A model generated the notes under the pieces. It had not been told where the DNA came from. It ran no database searches and saw nothing but the letters and a program-made list of their open reading frames with translations. Both the position numbers and the translations under genes were made by a program. A stretch of DNA of 63,585 nt, the filler included, from Chiloscyllium plagiosum (Eukaryota), in assembly GCF_004010195.1 (NCBI RefSeq). It is 4 parts of one record of this genome, joined end to end, with 100 filler letters (N's around TTAATTAATTAA, not from the genome) between each part and the next. Parts side by side here need not be neighbours in the genome. Positions count along the whole stretch, not along the records: positions 1 to 28,025 come from NC_057716.1; 3 more parts are not named here. One strand, given 5' to 3'. Shown here one piece after another: positions 12,605 to 24,984 of the stretch (positions within the stretch are counted from its first letter, which is position 1; every line of letters begins with the position of its first letter).

Positions 12605-14130
12605 AGGGGCTGGGTAGGCTGGATGATTGGTTGGCAATGCAGAGTGGCACCAAAGGCACCATTTCCATTCGTGCACTGGCTGTGGTTTTGCATGAAAGTC
12701 TCACTTTCCCAAACTTGCCCCTTGCCTGTGACCCTCACATTTACGAACGAGAGGGACCGTATTGTTGAAGAGGAGAGTGTGAAATGGACTGGTAAGCTAG
12801 AGGAGATACTTGTTAGGAAGGAAGATGTGTTGGACATTTTGAATAACTTGAGGATAGACAAGTCCCCCGGGCCTGACGGGATATATCCTAGGATTATGTG
12901 GGAAGAAAGAGAGGAAATTGCAGAGCNNNNNNNNNNNNNNNNNNNNNNNNNNNNNNNNNNNNNNNNNNNNNNNNNNNNNNNNNNNNNNNNNNNNNNNNNN
13001 NNNNNNNNNNNNNNNNNNNNNNNNNNNNNNNNNNNNNNNNNNNNNNNNNNNNNNNNNNNNNNNNNNNNNNNNNNNNNNNNNNNNNNNNNNNNNNNNNNNN
13101 NNNNNNNNNNNNNNNNNNNNNNNNNNNNNNNNNNNNNNNNNNNNNNNNNNNNNNNNNNNNNNNNNNNNNNNNNNNNNNNNNNNNNNNNNNNNNNNNNNNN
13201 NNNNNNNNNNNNNNNNNNNNNNNNNNNNNNNNNNNNNNNNNNNNNNNNNNNNNNNNNNNNNNNNNCAGATGATCCGAAGATTGGTGGAGTTGTGGATAGT
13301 GAGGAGGGCTGTTGTCGGCTGCAAAGGGACTTAGATATGATGCAGAGCTGGGCTGAGGAGTGGCAGATGGAGTTCAACCCTGCCAAGTGTGATGTTGTCC
13401 ATTTTGGAAGGACAAATAAGAATGCGGAATACAGGGTTAACGGTAGGGTTCTTAGTAAGATGGAGGAGCAGAGGGATCTTGGGATCTATGTTCATAGATC
13501 TTTGAAAGTTGCCACTCAGGTGGATAGAGCTTGTAAGAAGGCCTATGGTGTATTAGCGTTCATTAGCAGAGGGATTGAATTCAAGAGTTGTGAAGTCATG
13601 TTACAGCTGTACAGGACTTTGGTTAGGCCGCACTTGGAGTACTGTGTGCAGTTCTGGTGGCCTCACTTTAGGAAAGATGTGGAAGCTTTGGAGAGGGTGC
13701 AGCGAAGATTTACCAGGATGTTGCCTGGAATGGAGAATAGGTCGTATGAGGATAGGTTGAGTGTGCTAGGCCTTTTCTCATTGGAACAGAGAAGGGTGAG
13801 GGGTGACTTGATAGAGGTGTATAAGATGATCAGAGTAATAGATAGAGTAGACAGTCAGAAACGTTTTTCCCCGGGTACAACAGAGTGTTACAAGGGGACA
13901 TAAATTTAAGGTGAAGGGCTGCCTGTGGGAGTGGCAGAGTCAGAATCATTGGCGAACTTTAAGTGGCAATTGGATCGGTACATGGATGGGTGCTTAAGCT
14001 AGGACAAATGTTCGGCACAACATCGTGGGCCGAAGGGTTTGTTCTGTGCTGTATTGTTCTATGTTCTATGTTAAGCTTAGCACCAATCATGTCTCCAATG
14101 AGAGAGTGGTCCTCTTGGACTTTGGTTATA
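12605..14130 (+). mobile_element. Degenerate tRNA-derived SINE (second family) split into ~12605-12738 and ~14072-14130 by a CR1 insertion
   Basis: Both halves align by eye with the copy at 55955-56176 (...CCCCTTGCCTG...GTGACCCTCA | GTTAA...CTCCAATGAGAGAG). Confidence 0.55.
12739..14071 (+). mobile_element. Relatively young 5'-truncated CR1 LINE ORF2 (RT) with 3' tail; interrupted by N-gap 12927-13265
   Basis: [32 protein letters not shown] and RGDLIEVYK with long open stretches; (GTTCTAT)n tail ending ~14071. Confidence 0.9.
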
Positions 14131-16129
14131 TTACAACAAAATATCCTCCATACCTGTTACTTTGTCCCAAAATAATATATTTCAGCTCCAATTGTTACTG
14201 CACAATATGTTTTTGTAACAGCATTTTAACATCTGAGTAGATCAATAAGCAAACATTGGTATATTTATTTTTATAGGGATATATATAATACATCCAACAG
14301 CTATCCACAGCCTGAGCTGTAAATTCACCTTAGCTGCAAGTTGTGAACTGGTCAAATAATGAAAGTGCTCTTGTGACGGGAAGGCAAACAGTGGCATCTG
14401 TTGGAAATGGTAAAACAGTCACTTTATCAAAGGTCTCTCGATTGACAGTAAATCTATATGTGATGCTTGTTTAATACTGGGGAACATGAAAAGTAATTGT
14501 AACTGCTGCAAATGTACAGGTACTGGAATAAATCATTTTTGTGGAACCTGAAAATCAAATAAACATTTGGCAAAGCAGTAGATATGCCCATACTGATCAG
14601 ACAGCTCAGAATGATCTGTGCATTATCAGACTGTGACATTTAACATTTTGCTATTTACAACTTAGAAATTCAGAGCTGTTCCTAGTAATTATAAAAGGAA
14701 GATTTCTTTGAGAAGTGGAGGGATTTCACATGCAGTCACATTCTCTGTAGGTTTACTGAGATATCGATTTCCTAGCAGAATGTAATAAAACCTATTTTAA
14801 GGCTTAAGAGCCAGGTTTAAGTTACAATACTAATATGAAGCACACTTGTCAAACTAGAGAGCCCCTCAATAGTGAATAATTTCTTTCCAGTTCATGTCAC
14901 ATCATGAGACACTGTACATTTCTTCCCTGTTCTGATTCATGACTTTAATATCCTTAAATAAACAAACAGATTTTCCCAGGTTATGAGGCTTGCAGAGACT
15001 TCATATAAAAGGCAGCGCTGGTGACATTTGATATAATTAGTCTCGTGCCCTGCTGCAAAATGTCACCTACTTAGAATTAAGAACAACAAAGGAAGACATC
15101 TTTTGTAGGGCTGTGTTGATATGGCATTGACACTAATGCAATAAAAACATCATGAATCATCTTTATTATTCCTTGCAGCACCTCGAATGCAACATAATTG
15201 TTCTAGAAGTTTGTTTGAAAAGGATAACTAGATTATGTGCACCAGTAGCCAAAGTTGAATTTAAAGGGTTAAGAATTGTAGTTTGCATAACTTAGCATGG
15301 TCCTGATAGAAAACGTATAGCTGAACCTTCGGATGCAATTATGGAAAATGTCATCGCTTGTAAATAATAAGGTCTGGAAGCCTTTGTGAAAAAGGCTGCT
15401 GAGAATTTTCCACCACAACACTGACATAGGCAGATCCCTGCTCCTCACTGATATCAGGAAATGGTAATACAGAAAGGTCAGAAACTACTTTTTAAAAGAC
15501 ATGCTGCTACAGTGACATTTTGGATTTCAAAGAAATATTAGTTTTGTAGCATTCTGTAAAATGGACTTGAAGATATAATGTTGCTGAGCTTATGTTTCAT
15601 CATGCAATAGATGGTTGAGAGCGATAGCAGAATTTGGTATTTAGGAATTTGACTTAAAAACTATTGCAAGCAGGCCCAACTAGAACCTCTAGCTTATCTA
15701 TCTCAGTGCTTTTTTAGGTGTTTAAAGTGCTGCCAAATAAATTATGGTGCAGATTAGATTTTAATTATTCCAAGTTCAGATGTTGCAAATATTGTCTGAA
15801 AAGTGGGGATTGCAGAACAGCTTCCATTTCAGGTACAGTCTCGACAAGAACTGCACACAATATTGGACTAGTTTTCCAAATTGAGTTTATTTAATTACAA
15901 ATATGTAAACTCCAGTGAGTCAGTGCAACTGGGCAGCATTTTAGAACTTTATTTTTCTTGCAATTACAAAAAAAAATCCTTGACACATTTAAGAGTGGGT
16001 AACTTGGGTCAGCTTTATTAGGAGAGACTTCATGACAAAGAAAAGAAGCATTTTTGATAAGAATGCCTAGTCTGCCACCTGTGTGCAACCTAATTTCCAA
16101 TGGCTGAAAATGACCGCCAAAGAAAACAG

Positions 16130-16320
16130 TGTCGAGAGTGTGGTGCTGGAAAAGCGCAGCAGGCCAGGCAGGAGAATCGATGTTTCGAACAGGTTCCTGA
16201 TGAAGGGCTTATGCCAGAAACGTCGATTCTCCTGCTCCTTGGATGCTGCCTGACCTGCTGTGCTTTTCCAGCAACACATTCGACTCCGATCTCCAGCATC
16301 TGCAATCCTCACTTTCTCCT
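16130..16320. mobile_element. Fold-back Penelope-like mini-element, family A
   Basis: Inverted arms; AAAGAAAACAG duplicated at 16119-16129 and 16328-16338; CTGATGAAGGGCTTATGCCAGAAACGTC hammerhead motif. Confidence 0.8.
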
Positions 16321-17258
16321 CCCTGCAAAAGAAAACAGAATTATTCACTGATTTCATTGGCAAATTACAGTCAACATATTGTTTTGTGGAACTCCCTGAG
16401 TCTGAATGGGAAGCTCTATAGGTTCAGTTCTGGCATTGAAGACCCTGGAAGCAAGTTAAATATATGCTGATGGCAGGAGGTAAGAATGGGAGAGATTTCT
16501 TGTCAGCTATGTGATGGAAAGAAATTGGAGCCTCTGCTATCACCATACACAGCTCGGCTCTACAACACGACTGTGGGCAGTAAACTGAAGAGCTTTTGCA
16601 AAACTGCTTGCTAGTTTCCTAATACCTAAAAAGTTTAACTTTTTAGAACTTCTTTGAAGATCTGGAAATGGGTGTGGTTCACAGATACGTAACGGAGTGA
16701 TAATTTCACAAAGAGGTGTGGTCAGTTTCCTGGACAGGGCAGCTTCTGGCACAGTGGGATTAGATGGGAAGGCAAGTCATACACCACCACGCAATTTAGC
16801 CTTTGGGACTCGGGGCTTCAGGATCTGGGCAAGGGTGCAGTACAATTGTAAATAGGGACCAGCAGGATTTCAAAGGGTGTGATGCTGCTAAGCCTGGCTG
16901 GGATGGACGTAAAGTGGGAAGAGCATTGTCTACAGTCAGGAGTACCAAGCATCAAGGGGAGGGTCTAAGGATGGCCACCTCATAAGCAGCAGTCTGAGTG
17001 GAAAGGGTAGGCAGGTGTTGTTACATGGAGAAAAATTGGGGTGGGGCCATTGGGAAGTGTGGGGTTGACAGGATAATTATTAAGATGGGCCTTTGGATAT
17101 CTGTGGGTCTCACCGACATGCACACACTGAGACTGGAAGCTACTGGAATTTGACACCGAGGAGTCAGTATCTGGAAGTTGGGTTGTGAAGAAGGAGATCT
17201 TATTGATTCTCCCTCTCATGTCCCAATGTTCTTGTCCTCAAAGATCCAGGAGGGCGAT

Positions 17259-17650
17259 TAGAGTCATAGAGACGTACAACACGGAAACAGAGCCTTCAGT
17301 CCAACTCGACCAACTGGAGCCGATATCCTAACCTAATCAAGTCCCATTTGCCAGCACTTCGCCTATATCCCTCTAAACCCTTCCTATTCATATACTCAAC
17401 CAGATGCCTTTTAAATGTTGCAAGTGTACCAGCCTCCACCACTTCCTCTGGCAGCTCGTTCCATACACACACCATTCTCTGTGTGAAAAAGTTGCCCCTT
17501 AGGTCCCATTTAAATCTTTCTACTCTCACCTTAAACCCATGCTCTGTACTTCCGGACTTCCCCACCCTGGTGAAAAAGACCTTGTCTATTTACCCTTTTC
17601 ATGCCCCTCCTGATTTTATCAACCTCTATAAAATCACCCCTCAGCCTTTG
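17259..17650 (-). mobile_element. CR1 LINE 3' end
   Basis: ORF 17296-17565 (RGNFFTQR..WNELPEEVVEAG..FKRHL) plus 3'UTR and tail. Confidence 0.85.
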
Positions 17651-18400
17651 ATGCTTCTACAGCCAGCCACCTGAGCAGACATCATTGGTAGGCTTGCAGA
17701 ACCTACAAGATAAAACAGAGGGAAGGCACCTCAGGTAGTGTTTGTAAATGGTGTGCAATGATTGAGGGTGATAATGGGGCTAATGGTAGAGTGGCAGTGG
17801 CATGCAGAGTGGTAGATACTCATTTGGCAGGACAAGCCGTAATGCCACATGCTATCATCCCCTTCTTTGCCATGTTTTGACTGTCTGTGAGTGAGCAGGG
17901 TAGCCAGTGCTTGTCCAAGCACACTGCGGCATTTTAGAGATGCCACGAGCACCACAGATTCCTGTCTTTGGAGGTTGTCCAGAGAGTTGTATTAAGATGG
18001 GGTAGAAATCAAAGGTGAAATACGCTATTGGGCCAAGATACGTTTGGTTAGATCAGGTGAGAGAACCTCTGAAGCTCATGGAAAAAAAGATTAGCCCTCC
18101 AAAAATCTCAACGCAACTCGGACTTTGAAAAAATCATGAGATTCTGTTCTAAGACTTCATCTTGCTGCTGCCATTGTACAAACCTAATATTTAATTAATG
18201 TCAACTGGACAACAATCTCTTACTAGATGTTGTCCTCCAGGCACTCCATCCTTCCTAGTTAATTATTGGAAGATTCCCACTTCACCTCCTGGCTTATCCA
18301 CGTACAGCCTTCACTGAAAGGCTGTTGCTCTTATGTTCAGCAGCTATCAATCTTTCACTCCCAGAAACTCTGATATAGAAGTAGAACACACAAATAATGA

Positions 18401-21400
18401 GGAGAGAGTGAGGACTGCAGATGCTGGAGATCAGAGTCAAAATGTGTGGTGCTGGAAAAGCACAGCAGGTCAGGGGAGGAGCAGGGGAATCAACAATTGA
18501 TAGCTGCTGAACATAAGAGCAACAGCCTTTCAGTGAAGGCTGTACGTGGATAAGCCAGGAGTTGAAGGGGGAATCTTCCAAGGAAGATAGACTGGTAGGA
18601 CAGTTCAAGAGAGCAGTGCCCAGTTGGAGGGTTGGATCCAGGATAAGGTGGGAGGAGGGGAGATCAGGAAAATAGTGAAATCAACATTGATCCTGTGTGG
18701 TTGGAGGGTCGCAAGGCAGAAGATAAGGTGTTCTTTGTTCAGGCATTGGGTGGTTAGGGTTTGGCGGTGGATGAGGCCCAGGACTTGCATGTCCATGGTG
18801 GATAGAGAGGGGGAAGTGAAGTGTTTGTTCACAGGGCGGTGCAGGGTTCCCAGACTATGAGGTTGTGGATGGGATTCTTCATCCTGAGAAGAATGCACAC
18901 GCTCAACAAACACTTTTTCTCCAGCCTATGGGACATCTAGGAATGTAAGGACACCAAACTTTCATGTACTTTCTTCCAAACGTGGGATTCCTCGATCATT
19001 CCTGACCCTCCCCTGGCTCCAGAACTGCTCAGATGCCATTAGCTATGTGGCGTCTACAACCACCAAGCCGTGACTAATGATGGCGCAACTTCCACCCCCA
19101 CTGCCTCACTGACTGCATCCAGTGCTGATTATGCCGCCACTGCAAGCCACCAAGACAACCGCCTTCACAGTCGTCGCCAGGACAACTGCCTCTGTGATTG
19201 CCACTAGTACCTCCATGAAGTTGCTGCTGTCTCAGCCACTTCCGCTCCCACTGACGTCACTCACTGGAACACCGCCAACGAACACGCAGCCACCGTCAAA
19301 GACATCGCGAACGTCACATGGAATGTCACTTCCGCCCCCACGGATGCCACTGAAGGCACTACTTCTGCCTCCCTGACACCCATGGTATGCGTCACTTCCT
19401 TTGGTGACATCACCCAAGATACCATGACCACCCCCACTCCAGAGACAGTCTCCGCCCTCACTTCCAAATCAAGCCCCACACCAGCTCCTTGCTCCCAGCC
19501 CTGCCATGATTTACCATCCGCTGAGACCTCTCCCTTACTGCCGATGAATGATCAGTCCTCAGTAAAGGCCTCACCTTCATCCCATTATGCTCCCACATCA
19601 ACAAATTCGACATGCATCACAAAATCAAACTTTTCTTTCACCACCCCCGGCTCAATGCTTATTTTTTCCATCAGGTCGCCCATCCATCCTCTGAGGACCC
19701 CTTCACCTGCCTCTAACACACTCCATCCATTTGGACACCCTGGGCTGGTCTGTTACCTACCCTCAATCTCTTCATCTCCAACTGCTGCTGTGACATTAAC
19801 TGCCTCAAACTATTCACCCTTCTCTCCCATTTCAACCTCTCACCCTCGCAACATGCAGCTCCCTTCTCTCCAACCCCAATCTCATCATCAAACCAGCAGG
19901 CAAGGGGGGGCTCTGTGCCGGTTTGGCGCACTGACCTGTATACCGCTGAAGCCAGGTGCCAACTCACGGACACCTCCTCCTACTGCCTCCTTGACCATGA
20001 TCTCACCTCCCATCACCAAACCATCATCTCCCAGACCATCCACAACCTCATCACCTCAGGGGATTTCCCATCCACAGCCTCCAACCTCATAGTCTTCCCG
20101 ATTCTACCTCCTACCCAAAATTCACAAACCTGACAGTCCTGGTAGACCCATTGTCTCCACCTGCTCCTGCCCCACCAAACCTATGTCTGCAAATCTTGAC
20201 ACCATCCTGTCCCCTTTGTTCCATGAACTCTCTTCAGGACATAAACCATGCCCTCCACCTCCTCCATGACTTTTGTTTCCCTGGCATCCAACGCCTCATC
20301 TTCACCATGGATATCCAGGTCCGTATACATCCATCAGCCATGACAAAGCCCTCCTGGCCCTCCACTTCTTCCTGTCCCGCTGACCCAACCAATACCCTTC
20401 CACCGACACACTCATTCGATTGGCTGAACAGGTTATCACCCTCAACAATTTCTCCTTTGAATCCTCCCACTTCCTTCAGATCAAACAGGTAGCCATGGGC
20501 ACCTGCATAGGCCCCAGCTATTCCTGCCTCTTTGTCAGGTACATGGAACAGGTCCATCATCCATAGTTACACTGATACCATTCCCCAACTTTTCCATTGC
20601 TACATTGATGACTGTATCAGTGTCATCTCGTGCTCCCACGAGAGGATCGAACAGTTCTTTAACTTCACGAACACCTTTCACTCTGAGCTCAGGTTCACCT
20701 GGACCATCTCAGACATCTCCTCCCCTTCCTGGACCTCTCCATCTCCACTTCCGACGACTGATTCAACTCGGACATCTACTTCAAACTCACTGACTCCCAC
20801 AGCTACCTGGACTAACCTTGTCCCACACCACTTCCTATAAAAACACAGTCTCTTAGTTCCATTTCCACTGTGTCCACGCATCTGCTCCCACGAGAACCAA
20901 TTCCACTTCAGAACATCCCAGAAGGCATCCTACTTCAAGGATTGGAATTGCCCCTAGTTACCTTCTAGTGCATCTCCTCCACTCTCCGCACCTCCATCCA
21001 TGAACCCCACCTCTCCAATTGTAACAAAGACAGAACCCCACTGGTCCTCACCTTCCATTCCATGAACCTCTGGATGCATCACACCATCCTCTGTCATTTC
21101 TGCCACTTACAATCAGATCCCAACACCAGAGATATATTTCCTTCCCCACCCCTTTCAGCATTCAATTCCCTCTGTGACTTCCTTTGATCACCCACTGATC
21201 CTCTACTATCTGACACCTTCCCCTACCACCGCAAGTGGTGTAAAACCTGCACCCACACCTCCCCCCTCACCTCCATCCAAGGCCCCAAAGGATCCTTCCA
21301 CATCTGTCAGAGATTTTCCTACACATCCAAACACCTCATCTACTAAGTCTGTTGCTCTCGATGTGGTCTCCTCAACATTGGGGAGACAGGACACCAAATT

Positions 21401-21930
21401 GTAGAACGTTTCAGAGAACATCTCCTGGAACACGCATCAAACAACCTCACTGCCCTGTGGTTGAACACTAACTCTGGCTCCCACTCCACCAAGGACATAC
21501 AAGTCCTGGTCCTCCTCCACTGCCACATTCCAGCCACCCAACGACTGGTGGAAGAACACCTTACCTTCCACCTTGGGACTCTCCAACCACACGGGATCAA
21601 TGTCGATTTCACCAGGTTCCTGATATCTCCTCCCACCACCTTAACCCAGATCCAACCTTCCAATGCAGCACTGCCCTCTTGAACTGTCCTATCTGTCCAT
21701 CTTCCTTCCCACCTACCCGTTCCACCCTCCACTCTGACCTATCACCATCACCCCCCACCTTCATTCACCTATCACATTCCATCCATTCTGTGGTTGGAAA
21801 TATCTTCCTGATGAAGAGCTTATGTTTGAAATGTTGACCTTCCTGATGAAGAGCTAATGCTCAAAACGTCGACTCTCCTGCTCCTCAGATACTGCCTGAC
21901 AGGCTGTGCTCTTCCAGTACCACACTTTTT
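18401..21930 (+). mobile_element. Long degenerate Penelope-like element (family A): RT + GIY-YIG, with inverted pLTR at 5' end (~18401-18860)
   Basis: RT motifs FYLLPKIHKPDSPGRPIVS, FTMDI, AMGTCIGPSY and YIDDC; WCKTC linker; GETG...ERFREH endonuclease; 14-bp TSD CACACAAATAATGA at 18387-18400 and 21931-21944. Confidence 0.9.
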
Positions 21931-22475
21931 CACACAAATAATGAATCCCATATGGACGTGCTCCAAAGCAAACACCCTGACTGCCAAATTAGAGAAATTA
22001 GATCATTAGAATAAGCAAAAGAACCAGCACATTCATTACTTCTGTATTGATTGCAGTGCCACAAGTTGGTTGTGTAGGTCTGCTCAAAAATTCTTGGACA
22101 AACTGTTTCTAAACAGTGAGTCTCTGAATTAAAGCAGTTAAAATGTGCTCAACACTGCTTTTTATTATGTTCTTTCTTTATCTCTTAATTCAATCTTTAT
22201 TTTCTTTTTTTTCCATTTCTGTCTCTGACTTGAAAATGCCTCCACCCTCTTCCACACTACCTTCTCTGTTCTAGTAGTTTAAATTTCACAACCTTTTAAT
22301 GTGATTGATTGATTCAGCAGACATACAGTTGCTTGCCTTGTTCATTCAGACCCCAGATACTCTGATTCCATCACTGCAACACTATCAGTTCACACTTTCA
22401 GCAATCTGCCACACAGCAATTGTAAGCAGCTCACCATCCAAGATTAACTGGAAAGACTGTGATCGCAAAACCTGT

Positions 22476-24570
22476 ACCATAAGATATCGGAGCAAAATTA
22501 GGCCATTTGACCTATTGAGCCTGTTTTGGCATTCAATTCTAGCTGATGTGTTTCTCAGCCCCACTTTCCTGCCTTCTCCCTGTAACCCCTGATACCCTTA
22601 CTAATTAAGAAAGTATTTATCTCTGTTTTCAATACACTTAATGACTCGGCCTCCACAGCCAACTGTGACAATGGATCCACCACCCTCAGGCTGGAGAAAT
22701 TCCTCCTCATCTCAGTCATTCTGAGGCTGTGCCCTTGGGTTTTAGTGGTGGAAAGTAGATCTCCTACTGGTGGAAACATCTTCATTTACTCTACCCAAAT
22801 ATCTCAGTATTCTGTAAGTTTCAATCAGATCTCCCCTCATCCTTCTAAATTCCTTTGATCTCAGACCCAGAGTCCTTAACCGCTCCTCGTATGACTCACC
22901 TTTCATTCCCAAGATCAATCTTCTGAACCTCTTCTGGACGCCCTCCAATGCCAGCACATTCTTTCTTAGATACAGGGCCCAGACTGTTCACAATACTGCG
23001 ATTGTGGCCTGACCAGAGCTTAATATAGCCCAAATAGAACATTTCTGCTCTTGTATTCCAGCCCTCTTGAAATGGATGCTCATATTGCATTTGCCATCTG
23101 AACTACCAACTGAATCTGCATGTTAACCTTGAGAGAATCCTGAACTAAGACTCCTAAGTCCCTTGTGCTTCAGATTTCTGAAGTGTATCCTATAGAGAAA
23201 ATAGTCTACACCTCTGCCCCTCCACCTATCTGTGTCATCTGTAAATTTAGCAACAATACTCTCAGTTCTCTGTCCATGTACATCATGAATAATAGTGGTT
23301 CAAACATTGACCCCTGCAGAACTCCACTAAATTGGCTGCCATCCTGAAAAAGACCCCTTTATCCCTATTCTCTGCTTTCTGCCAGTCATGCAATCTTTTA
23401 TCCATGCCAGTGTCTTGTCCCTAACACAATGAGGTTTTATTTTATTTTCCAACCTCCTCCATGTCATCTTGCCAAAGGCCTCCTGTAAATCCAAATAGAT
23501 CATATCCACTGCCTCTCCTTTATCTAACTTGCACATTGACTCTTCAAAGAATTCTAAATGATTTGTCAGGCATGACCTTCCCTTGATGAAGCCCTGCTGA
23601 CTCAAACCTATTTTACTGTGCACTTCTAAATACTCTGCAATCTCATTTTTAGTAACGGATTCTAAAATCTTACTAATGTCCGAGGTCAGGCTCACCAGCT
23701 TATAGTTTCCTGGCTTCTGCTTCTTCCTTTCTAAAACAAAGGTGTTGCAGTCGTCATTTTCCAGTCTTGGAACCCTTGCTGACTCCAGTGATTCCTGAAA
23801 GATCACCATCTTTACAATCTCCACAGCGACCTCCTTCAGGATACTGGGGCATAATCCATCTGGTCTGCATGATTTATCCATCTCAGACCTTTCAGCTTCC
23901 TAGGTACCTTCTCCTTAGTGATAGCCATTACGCCTTTCTCTCCCCCGCCTCTCTTGACGTTCAGGTATGCTACTATGTCTTCCACTGAGAAGACTGATGT
24001 AAAACATTTATTCAGTTCCATCGCCATTTGTTTGTTCCCCATTACAACTTCTCCAGCCTCATTTTCCAGGGTTCCAATATCCAATCTTGCCTCTATCTTA
24101 TCTTTTTATATATCTAAAAAAACTTTGCAAACTTCTTTTACTTAAATAACTATATTACCCTCATATTTCATCTTCACCACCTTTAAGCTTTTTTAGTTGT
24201 CCTTTGCTGGTTTTTAAAGGCTTCCTAGTTTTCTGGTTTTCGATTCAATTTTGTCATTTTACATGCTTTTTCTTTTGATTTTTTGCTATTCTTGACTTCC
24301 CTTGTCACCATCCCTTGTCCCTTGTCACCACCTGATGAAGGAACAGTGCTCCGAAAGCTAGTGCTTCCAATGAAACCTGTTGGATTATAACCTGGTATTG
24401 TGTGATTTTGTCAGCCATGATTGCCTCATCCTCCCCTTAGTGTGATGCTTCTTCCTTTGGATGAATTTCTGCTAGGTCTCCCAAATTATCCCCAGAAACT
24501 CCTGTTGTTGCTGCTCCACTATCATTCCTGCTAGGCTTCCCTTCTAGTCAACAGTGGCCAGCTCCTCCAT
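22476..24570 (-). mobile_element. Degenerate CR1 LINE ORF2 and 3'UTR
   Basis: ORF 23327-23881 (PGNYKLVSLTS, QQGFIKGRSCLTN, IYLDLQEAF) and RMRGDLIETY. Confidence 0.9.
24329..24363 (+). ncRNA. Minimal hammerhead ribozyme motif in a PLE family B terminus (fragment ~24325-24408)
   Basis: CAC-CTGATGA-A-GGAAC-AGT-GCTCC-GAAA-GCTA-GTG: stem I CAC/GTG, intact core, palindromic AGCT stem III, one stem II mismatch. Confidence 0.7.
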
Positions 24571-24984
24571 CAGGTCCCCATCAGCTAATTATATCATCAC
24601 CCCATTATAGAGGCAAAAGGAAAAAAGAGTCATGTCCATTCATTGTGTAACCTCAGGCAATAATGCAAAATATATAATCTTGAAATGTTTGCCTGCTTTA
24701 CATTGCCCACTTTTGGAAAGGAAAATTGGGATAGATTATTGGGCCACTATTGCACTTTTTACATTCAGTTTACACCTTTAGTAAGATCAAATTTATACTC
24801 TTGTACATGAGCATTAAGAAGCTTACTTAAACAGAGCTGTTTCAAAATTTATACTTGTCCTTGTACCCAATTTAACATTAGTTGTTTTACCTTTCTCCCT
24901 ACCAGAAATATTGTTGCGTGTCTGAAATATCAATGGAGTCAAATATTTCCTACCCACCTGCTACCTGGCCCTAATGTTTCTTCT

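Noticed and set aside
12541..13903. Long ORFs of 124-447 aa
   Set aside because: Length is inflated by the N-gap; the real residues are CR1 ORF2
19122..20092. Thr/Ser/Pro-rich mucin-like ORFs
   Set aside because: Low-complexity or off-frame translation within the TSD-bounded Penelope-like element
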